From a virus (lineage: Duplodnaviria; Heunggongvirae; Uroviricota; Caudoviricetes), in IMG/VR virus record IMGVR_UViG_2690316152_000015, positions 1 through 22,932 of that record: DNA of 22,932 nucleotides. One strand, 5' to 3'. Of this stretch, positions 16,671 through 22,380 are shown piece by piece. The notes below the pieces were generated by a model. That model saw only the letters and a program-made list of their open reading frames with translations, did no database searches and was not told the DNA's origin. Made by a program: the position numbers and the translations under genes. Position 1 is the first letter of the stretch, and the number at the start of each line of letters is the position of its first letter.

Positions 16671-16904
16671 ATGACTATGACTACTAAAGCTACTCGCGGT
16701 CGCCCTGCCCGTTTTAACGCTGAACAGATGGCTGATATTGCCTACGCTTACTATACAGCGGATCGTGGTAAGGAAGCGAAAGAACAGATTCTTAGTGAAC
16801 ATGGGATCTCAATCGCCCAATTCTATAAGAATATGAAGAAGTTAGACATTAAATTCTATGTTCAGATCGGTGATGGTCAGATCGTAGAAGCAACAGGTTT
16901 TTGA
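16671..16904 (+). CDS. Small HTH DNA-binding protein (small-terminase or transposase-type HTH)
   Basis: Likely start is the ATG at 16671 (GGAG 5 nt upstream) rather than the track GTG at 16644; motif GRPARF...ILSEHGISIAQFYKNMKK follows the GRP..F...G.S..T.YRWL pattern of Sf6-type TerS and IS3 OrfA HTH domains. Confidence 0.55.
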   Translation: MTMTTKATRGRPARFNAEQMADIAYAYYTADRGKEAKEQILSEHGISIAQFYKNMKKLDIKFYVQIGDGQIVEATGF

Positions 16905-16912
16905 TTCTCTTT

Positions 16913-16938
16913 GCCACTCTTCGGAGTGGCTTTTTTAT
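16913..16938 (+). terminator. Intrinsic terminator for the plus-strand HTH genes
   Basis: GCCACUC-UUCG-GAGUGGC (7-bp stem, UUCG tetraloop) followed by U6. Confidence 0.75.
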
Positions 16939-16949
16939 ACCTACAGAAA

Positions 16950-16978
16950 ACAAAAAAGCCCCTGAAATTCAGGGGCAA
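16950..16978 (-). terminator. Intrinsic terminator for the Rha-family gene (convergent partner)
   Basis: Hairpin GCCCCUGAA/UUCAGGGGC preceded by A6 on the plus strand, giving a U-tract on the minus strand. Confidence 0.7.
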
Positions 16979-16984
16979 AAATTA

Positions 16985-17800
16985 TTACAGTCCAAAGACT
17001 TCCAGAGAGCCAGCATTCTGGCGGATACGTTCAGCAGCTTTATTTTGAATCAGAATAGTGTTGTTCGGTTTAGGCAGATTCAGAGTTGCTTTCTGTTCTT
17101 CTTCCAGAACACCCAATTCAACCAGCACCGGAAGCACATCAACAGTAAACTCAAGCTGGTAATGAGCATTCATGCGGCAGAAAGACAGAGAAGAATCATT
17201 AGCAACATACCCACACGGCTTGTTATTTTCATCATAGACGCGCTCAATATATCCAGCAGTACGCAAGGCCGTCAGTGCTTCTTTAACCTTCGTAGCGCCC
17301 TTTTTAGCGCCTAACAGACGCGTCATTGAATGGCTATCTACAGACTTACGAACATGAAGTTCAATCAGCTTTTTATTTTCGCGAGTTTTCTTTAACGCCA
17401 GTTCGATCCAGTCGGTTTCTTCAAAGTCTGCATACGGGTTAACGGCTAAACGTTCCTGACGCAGTTTTTCATTTTCTTCTTTCAGTCGTTTCCATTCCTG
17501 AATAACAACCAGACGACGATTAACATCGTAACCAGTGACAAGAGTCAGCGTCATTTCTTCGTCTAAGTGATATTCGGTTTGTTCACGTCCACACTGGTCA
17601 AGATAGGTGCGCTCAAAACTGAGCACATCTAATTCCAGAGCATCGAGCATGGATTTAATATCACGTTTAACGTTTTTGTGTTCTTTTCCGGTAAATTCAG
17701 CGATCTGACGGGAAGACATGGTCAGCGGTTTGGTGTTATCAACAACCAGAGACACGGAAGCAGTTTTAACAGCAGTATTCATAACAGTAACAGTATTCAT
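16985..17800 (-). CDS. Rha-family phage regulatory protein or antirepressor
   Basis: 271-aa ORF; N-terminal SSRQIAEFTGKEHKNVKRDI matches the Rha-domain signature as I remember it; C-terminal region resembles antirepressor C-terminal domains. Confidence 0.75.
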   Translation of the reverse strand: MNTVTVMNTAVKTASVSLVVDNTKPLTMSSRQIAEFTGKEHKNVKRDIKSMLDALELDVLSFERTYLDQCGREQTEYHLDEEMTLTLVTGYDVNRRLVVIQEWKRLKEENEKLRQERLAVNPYADFEETDWIELALKKTRENKKLIELHVRKSVDSHSMTRLLGAKKGATKVKEALTALRTAGYIERVYDENNKPCGYVANDSSLSFCRMNAHYQLEFTVDVLPVLVELGVLEEEQKATLNLPKPNNTILIQNKAAERIRQNAGSLEVFGL

Positions 17801-17886
17801 AGTATTAATTCCCCTTAAACGGTTTAGTGATTTGGTCCTCCTAGTTCCGGCATCTCAACCGGAACAATTTTATTTATAAGAAGTTT

Positions 17887-18039
17887 TTATCTCATCTTAG
17901 ATTCGGCAAGACAGCGATCAATTTCTTCTTGAATGAGGCGTTTGCGCTCGTGGAAATCAACCATTGAGAAATTCAGGTTAGGTGTCCACGGTTTGCGGTT
18001 CGGGTTTTTACGTCCATCAATTTTCTTGGTAGTGTTCAT
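17887..18039 (-). CDS. Small basic protein (50 aa), not in the supplied ORF track
   Basis: ATG at 18039 preceded by AAGAGGATG-type Shine-Dalgarno; MNTTKKIDGRKNPNRKPWTPNLNFSMVDFHERKRLIQEEIDRCLAESKMR; lies between the promoter at 18098-18126 and the Rha gene. Confidence 0.4.
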   Translation of the reverse strand: MNTTKKIDGRKNPNRKPWTPNLNFSMVDFHERKRLIQEEIDRCLAESKMR

Positions 18040-18097
18040 AATTAACATCCTCTTTACAAATCTAGGTCAAATCGGTTCAAAGTTGTCAAGTGCGACA

Positions 18098-18126
18098 ATC
18101 ATAAAAAAGCCAGAAAAATTTGTCAA
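18098..18126 (-). promoter_or_regulatory. Sigma70-type promoter directed toward the Rha gene, with overlapping palindromic operator
   Basis: On the minus strand TTGACA (18126-18121), 17-nt spacer, TATGAT (18103-18098); the -35 is one half of the inverted repeat TTGTCAA-N6-TTGACAA (18120-18139); further TTGACA-like hexamers at 18065-18157. Confidence 0.5.
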
Positions 18127-18161
18127 CACCCCTTGACAAGATGCCAAAGGGTTGACCTAAC

Positions 18162-18629
18162 TTACAGCATATCTAAGCCTTCATCATAGCCATAGAAGCC
18201 ATTCTGAGAAGAAAAAGCGATTGGTGCATAGTCATCGTCATCTTCGTCTTGTTCGTCTTCTTCTGGGGCTTCCTGAGCGTTTTCTTTACCGTAGTTAAAC
18301 ATTGCTTCGTCCAGTTCACGAAGAGTCAAGAAGCTACCCAGATCAATGTCACCGGAACGGACTTCAAACGGCAGATCATCACGAACAATAATTGCTGGTA
18401 GATTCTGGTACTTTAAGCGGTCTTCATCGGTGAAGCAGTTAACAACGATGGTCGGCTTCTTATTACGGAAAAACGCATACCATGCACTAGAGAAATGGGA
18501 TTCATCAGAGTTGAAAAGAATGTTGTAACGACGTTCAACAAAGATTTTCATTAACTTGTCATTGTGGAAGCTATCAGCATCAAAACCTAACAGGATGAAA
18601 GGAGTAGTGGTAGTCATTTTATGGTTCAT
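18162..18629 (-). CDS. Hypothetical acidic protein
   Basis: 155-aa ORF with AGAGGA Shine-Dalgarno; C-terminal third strongly acidic (EEDEQDEDDDDY); no recognisable catalytic motif. Confidence 0.55.
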   Translation of the reverse strand: MNHKMTTTTPFILLGFDADSFHNDKLMKIFVERRYNILFNSDESHFSSAWYAFFRNKKPTIVVNCFTDEDRLKYQNLPAIIVRDDLPFEVRSGDIDLGSFLTLRELDEAMFNYGKENAQEAPEEDEQDEDDDDYAPIAFSSQNGFYGYDEGLDML

Positions 18630-18835
18630 AGTGGAAATCCTCTAAAAGAAAGTGAATCAAGTAAGTACACTATTATTTATAACGAGAAAATTTTATCTCT
18701 TTTAGAAGGTGATTGTATTCAGTCGGGCTAAAGCCCTCCTTCATAGATTGTCTAAAAGTACATCAAACGTGGACCCTTCATTATGTAAATTATAGATCAT
18801 ACTCGTTTGAAGAAATAATAATCAGAAAGCAATAT

Positions 18836-18872
18836 AGCAACCGAAGGTTGCAATCCCGAAGGGATACCAATA
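18836..18872 (-). other. Two tandem UUCG-tetraloop hairpins in the minus-strand leader
   Basis: Minus-strand RNA UCCC-UUCG-GGGA and GCAACC-UUCG-GGUUGC, adjacent; upstream of the acidic-protein gene. Confidence 0.4.
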
Positions 18873-18889
18873 CCTTTCATGATCATTAA

Positions 18890-19135
18890 AGTGATCTAGA
18901 ATCATCTAGTAACCAGTTAACTACTATTATCTTCAAAGTGATTATTACTATCTTTCTAGAATCAGTTAGTAACTAGTATTAAATCCCTTTCGAGAAAATC
19001 CTTTCAGAAGTGATTCTCGATGCCACGCAGTGGCGTCGCAGACGTTTGAGAGTGAGCGAAGCGAGCAAGCAAACTAGTTAATTCCTTCTAAGACCATCTA
19101 GTATCATCTAGTTTAAATTAGTTGTTACTAGAAGC
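18890..19135. repeat. CTAG-rich direct and inverted repeats (candidate operator array)
   Basis: Nine CTAG tetramers in about 240 bp; repeated CTAGAATCA[TG][CT]TAGTAAC[CT]AGT at about 18896 and 18957, related CATCTAGT copies near 19096-19115; internal palindromes AGTTAACT and ACTAGT. Confidence 0.5.
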
Positions 19136-19261
19136 AATTGGTTGGCGCTTCGCGCAGTCGGGCTACGCCCTCCTAATATCTTTTTGGTTATTTGTTGTTT
19201 TTAGTTTTACACATGAGCGTAGCGAATGTGTTTATATAATATCTATGTACGCCGAATCCCC

Positions 19262-19447
19262 GCTTTTGCCCCTCACTAAGTTAATGTTTTATAAAGAGTT
19301 TTTCTCACCATTCCTTTTCGGGGGCAAATTTCAGGGGCAAAAATTAGATTTTCAGGGGCAATTATTGACATTTCAGGGGCAAAAATGGGATAGTGGAATC
19401 TTGGGGATTTTGTTCGGGGGCAAAAATTCAAAATTTCAGGGGCAATT
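19262..19447. repeat. Iteron-like array: six direct and one inverted copy of TTYCRGGGGCAA(A) with 21-bp periodicity
   Basis: GGGGCAA cores at 19321, 19334, 19355, 19376, 19417, 19439 (spacings 13, 21, 21, 41, 22) plus inverted copy at 19266-19272; followed by perfect palindrome CTATCAAA-TAT-TTTGATAG (19449-19467) and an AT-rich tract. Confidence 0.6.
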
Positions 19448-19641
19448 TCTATCAAATATTTTGATAGAAAATTCTTGTATATTATTTAACCAAAAAATCA
19501 CCAAAAATCGCTGCAACTTAATGATTTAAAAGAAATTTTCACTTACAAACGCAGTCATAATAGGTTATAAAGGTTGATAATCGTTATTCGCCATTTTCAA
19601 GCAAAATTTTTGATAGTCTTTTCTCGCTTAGATCAAGGGTA

Positions 19642-19670
19642 TTGACAACTGTCAAGAACTATTTTATACT
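19642..19670 (+). promoter_or_regulatory. Near-consensus sigma70 promoter with palindromic operator over the -35
   Basis: TTGACA (19642-19647), 17-nt spacer, TATACT (19665-19670); the -35 lies in the inverted repeat TTGACA-AC-TGTCAA. Confidence 0.65.
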
Positions 19671-19676
19671 TTTTCT

Positions 19677-19834
19677 CGTTGGTGGGGGTTGAAATTTTCT
19701 AAACAGTCCCCATATAGATGATAAGCAAGAATTTCCGCGTTATAAATACATGTGTGAAATGATTGTTCACTTCTGAAAATCCCCTGATTCACTGTTAATT
19801 CATACAGCACTGGTTAGATATACAGTGCTTTTTC
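19677..19834 (+). ncRNA. Candidate short transcript or attenuated leader from the promoter at 19642
   Basis: Predicted start about 19677; intrinsic terminator AGCACUG-10 nt loop-CAGUGCU followed by U5 at 19806-19834; duplicated GATATACAGTG and TTATAAATACA[AT]GTG motifs in the leader; the first downstream gene starts at 20012. Confidence 0.3.
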
Positions 19835-20011
19835 GGTTGAATAATGTACGAATTGATTAATTATTAATCTTCTCTTTAGCAATTCGTGCTCCCACTGATC
19901 GGATATACAGTGGTTTTACAGGGTTTTCTGAAAATCATTTTATAAATACAAGTGTTCAGAGCGAAAAGCTCTTTTTTAAGATTTTTTAAACCTAACAATA
20001 GGGGATTAAAA

Positions 20012-20191
20012 ATGGCTAAACCTGTACGATTCACACGAGAGGTATTGCTTCCGATTGCTAAACGTTATTTTGAAGCGATGCAGGGTGACAAGCTGGCGGT
20101 TTTGAAGGAAGAAGGAATTGATCCTTCTGATTTTAGAAAACTGCTAAAACGATATGACATTAAAGTGAAGATTGAAGCTACCGTTTGGTAA
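20012..20191 (+). CDS. Small HTH DNA-binding protein, paralog of 16671-16904
   Basis: Likely start ATG at 20012 (AGGGGA Shine-Dalgarno) rather than the track GTG at 19952; KPVRF...VLKEEGIDPSDFRKLLKRYDIKV aligns with the 16671-16904 product at about one third identity by eye. Confidence 0.55.
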   Translation: MAKPVRFTREVLLPIAKRYFEAMQGDKLAVLKEEGIDPSDFRKLLKRYDIKVKIEATVW

Positions 20192-20224
20192 TAACCTTTC
20201 ACTGAGAATTATATGATGGCTTTA

Positions 20225-20262
20225 AAAATAAAAAAGCCCCCTTGCGGCAACAAGGAGGCTTT
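20225..20262. terminator. Stem-loop flanked by A-run and T-run (possibly bidirectional terminator)
   Basis: AAAAAA-GCCCCCTTG-CGGCAA-CAAGGAGGC-TTT; 8 of 9 stem positions pair. Confidence 0.45.
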
Positions 20263-20305
20263 CAACATGACACATTAACTAACAAGAGTATTCAGGAGTA
20301 TTTAT

Positions 20306-21265
20306 ATGTTATTTTCCGCTAACTTTTTCACTAACGAAGTAACCAACGCTAAAGCAGTTATCAAATTTGGCACCGAAGCAAACAAGAAGATTCAGCCGAA
20401 AGTTGTTGCTCATGTTTCCTTTGCGCAGCAGAAATCCGCTTTCGCTGGCTTTAAAGCACATCGTGAAGCACTGATCGCGGCTGGCTTTGGTGTTGACGGT
20501 AAACTGCCTAACGGCGTTCGTAAAGCAATCGACCGCGTTAAACCTGCTAAAGACGTTGCAGTAGACCACATCGTTACTTTCACCGTTAAGAACTCTTCTG
20601 AACTGTTCCACCTGGTGATTGCTGGTGATACTGCTATCGTTTCCGCTCCTAACATGGATTTTCAGGATACCGCTGATTGTCAAATCACCTTCGGTCGTCG
20701 TAAAGAAGTTACTGGAAAAGCTAAACTGAACTTCACCAAATCCGGCAATACTTACTTTGCTGTATTCTTTAACAGCCATGCTACCGAGAAAGAAGTTGTA
20801 GAACTGGTTGCATATGAAGGTGAAGAAAAAGCACGTATTGAATCCTGCGACGCTTTCGTAGAACTGGAAGCACAAGTTAAGGCGGTTGCTCCTGTTGTTG
20901 AAGATCGTCTGGCTGCACTGGAAGCAGAGATTGCAGAACTGAAAGCTGCACTGAAAGAAAAAGACCAGATCATCGAAGCCCAGAAAGCTGAGATTGAAGA
21001 ACTGAAAGCTAAAGAAGTTGCTCCAGTGGCAGTTGAAGCCGAACAGGAAGTTGAATCTAAAGACTTCTTTACTCAAGCGGTTGAAGCTAAAGACAAACAA
21101 GCTCTTTGGATTCTGCTTAACGAAAAACGCTCTGTGACCGACGTTGCAGAGTGGAACAAATATCTGGTTAAGAAAAACGGTACTTCTGTTCAATTCATCG
21201 ATTTAATGACTGTTCAAGTTTTTGATGCGTTCGAAAATGTGTTCGACGTTCGCAAAGCAGCTTAA
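20306..21265 (+). CDS. Hypothetical protein with central coiled coil; codon usage of a highly expressed gene
   Basis: 319-aa ORF with CAGGAG Shine-Dalgarno; strong preference for CTG, CGT, GAA, AAA, GCT codons; heptad-like segment RLAALEAEIAELKAALKEKDQIIEAQKAEIEELKAKE; function not recognised. Confidence 0.6.
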   Translation: MLFSANFFTNEVTNAKAVIKFGTEANKKIQPKVVAHVSFAQQKSAFAGFKAHREALIAAGFGVDGKLPNGVRKAIDRVKPAKDVAVDHIVTFTVKNSSELFHLVIAGDTAIVSAPNMDFQDTADCQITFGRRKEVTGKAKLNFTKSGNTYFAVFFNSHATEKEVVELVAYEGEEKARIESCDAFVELEAQVKAVAPVVEDRLAALEAEIAELKAALKEKDQIIEAQKAEIEELKAKEVAPVAVEAEQEVESKDFFTQAVEAKDKQALWILLNEKRSVTDVAEWNKYLVKKNGTSVQFIDLMTVQVFDAFENVFDVRKAA

Positions 21266-21285
21266 TTTTAATTGGAGACCCTACT

Positions 21286-21657
21286 ATGGCAACTTTAAAC
21301 GAAAAAGCATTGTCACGTAAAACTCTGAAAGAGAAAAACATGATTCTTTCTGAAACGCTAAAACAGACTAATGCTGAGTGTGAGTTCTTGACCATTAAAC
21401 TTTCACTTAAAGAGAAAGAATGTAAGGAACTAATTGAAATGAATCGTTCTCTTTTGGAAAAGATGGAACGGATTGAATCCTTCTATGATAGTTACGTGAA
21501 ACTTAGTGAAGACTTTAAAGCCATGCAAGAAGACTACAAGAAATCGTTGAGGGAACAGATTAAACTGCATGAAGAATTGAAGGGCTATCGTGAAAAGGCT
21601 GTTAAAGAAAAGAAAGTACAGAAGATGAAAAACAAAGGATTGCGGCTTGTTGCATAA
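21286..21657 (+). CDS. Hypothetical coiled-coil protein
   Basis: 123-aa ORF with GGAG Shine-Dalgarno, 21 nt after the upstream stop; Lys/Glu-rich helical composition. Confidence 0.55.
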   Translation: MATLNEKALSRKTLKEKNMILSETLKQTNAECEFLTIKLSLKEKECKELIEMNRSLLEKMERIESFYDSYVKLSEDFKAMQEDYKKSLREQIKLHEELKGYREKAVKEKKVQKMKNKGLRLVA

Positions 21658-21664
21658 TAAAAAA

Positions 21665-21692
21665 GGGAGTCCCATTTAAGAGACTCCCTTGA
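21665..21692. terminator. Stem-loop terminator at the end of the plus-strand gene pair
   Basis: GGGAGUC-10 nt loop-GACUCCC; A-run upstream gives a U-tract on the minus strand. Confidence 0.5.
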
Positions 21693-21761
21693 CTTAGGTT
21701 AAGGTTAGGTTTGCACAACAAGATGAGGTTTATAATGAACATGATGCTACATTATCTAGTA

Positions 21762-21795
21762 AAGCCAGAAAAATAACCGCCTCTTTCGAGGCGGG
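21762..21795 (-). terminator. Intrinsic terminator for the small-peptide transcription unit
   Basis: Minus-strand hairpin CCGCCUC-GAAAGA-GGCGG followed by UUAUUUUUCUGGCUUU. Confidence 0.5.
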
Positions 21796-21953
21796 AGGAT
21801 TAATACTCAATCTATACTTGTTATGTTTTTATGATGTATAGATCACTGACTATGAAAACACTGTACTGGAGTGTGTTTTATGGCTTTTAATCGGGAACTC
21901 TCTTTCAAAAGCTCCCTGTTAATAACCATGTAGGAGAAAGGCAGATTACAATA

Positions 21954-22127
21954 TTATTTAGTGTCTGATTTACAGCAGCAAAAAAGAATAAACAAAAAGA
22001 AGCATACCCAGCCGTAAGGCGTACCGATTAGAAATTTGAAAAACACCACCAGCGATATAAAAATTAATTTAACACCAGCGACGATAGTCAAAAACAGCAG
22101 AGTAGCGAAATAGACAAAAAGATCCAT
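21954..22127 (-). CDS. Small hydrophobic membrane peptide (57 aa), not in the supplied track
   Basis: ATG at 22127 preceded by AAGAGGATTATCT; MDLFVYFATLLFLTIVAGVKLIFISLVVFFKFLIGTPYGWVCFFLFILFCCCKSDTK; two predicted hydrophobic helices. Confidence 0.45.
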   Translation of the reverse strand: MDLFVYFATLLFLTIVAGVKLIFISLVVFFKFLIGTPYGWVCFFLFILFCCCKSDTK

Positions 22128-22180
22128 AGATAATCCTCTTTGAAAACGACCATCATCTATAGTTCAATTCATCGATTTAA

Positions 22181-22282
22181 TTAATGATACTTGAAAGCGT
22201 TACACACAGCAGAAATGCCAATATGTGCAAGTGAATATACGATAGTTAATCCTACAGCCAGATAAATCAAAAATTCAACCAT
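22181..22282 (-). CDS. Small hydrophobic peptide (33 aa), not in the supplied track
   Basis: ATG at 22282 preceded by GAGGATTTACCT; MVEFLIYLAVGLTIVYSLAHIGISAVCNAFKYH; same Shine-Dalgarno style as the 57-aa ORF. Confidence 0.35.
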   Translation of the reverse strand: MVEFLIYLAVGLTIVYSLAHIGISAVCNAFKYH

Positions 22283-22299
22283 AGGTAAATCCTCAAATA

Positions 22300-22331
22300 A
22301 GAAAAAGGTTAGCGGGGGGTGATTCCCCCCG
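22300..22331 (-). terminator. Intrinsic terminator downstream of the Nu1-like gene
   Basis: CGGGGGG-UGAUU-CCCCCCG hairpin followed on the minus strand by UAACCUUUUUC. Confidence 0.55.
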
Positions 22332-22380
22332 TAGACGTTGACCAACTCAACATCTTTCATACATTTATTTATAACGCGTT

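Noticed and set aside
16901-17314. 137-aa plus-strand ORF
   Set aside because: Antisense to the Rha gene and begins inside the convergent terminators
17933-18136. 67-aa plus-strand ORF
   Set aside because: Overlaps the minus-strand promoter and the better-supported minus-strand 50-aa ORF, which has a strong Shine-Dalgarno; no RBS on the plus strand
19262-19447. Possible CRISPR array
   Set aside because: Repeat units are about 12 bp on a 21-bp period with near-identical short intervening sequence rather than unique spacers, one copy is inverted, and no cas genes or leader are present
19122-19529. 135-aa plus-strand ORF spanning the iterons
   Set aside because: The open frame is created by the repeats (FQGQ reiterated); no RBS; region better explained as a binding-site array
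18640-19640. tRNA or tmRNA gene in the long non-coding region
   Set aside because: Could not fold any segment into a cloverleaf with acceptor stem and T-arm by eye; the hairpins seen are simple tetraloop stems; needs a tRNA scan to exclude fully
20309-21193. 294-aa minus-strand ORF
   Set aside because: Antisense to the codon-optimised 319-aa gene; Phe-rich low-complexity translation; the plus-strand gene has a Shine-Dalgarno and coherent codon usage
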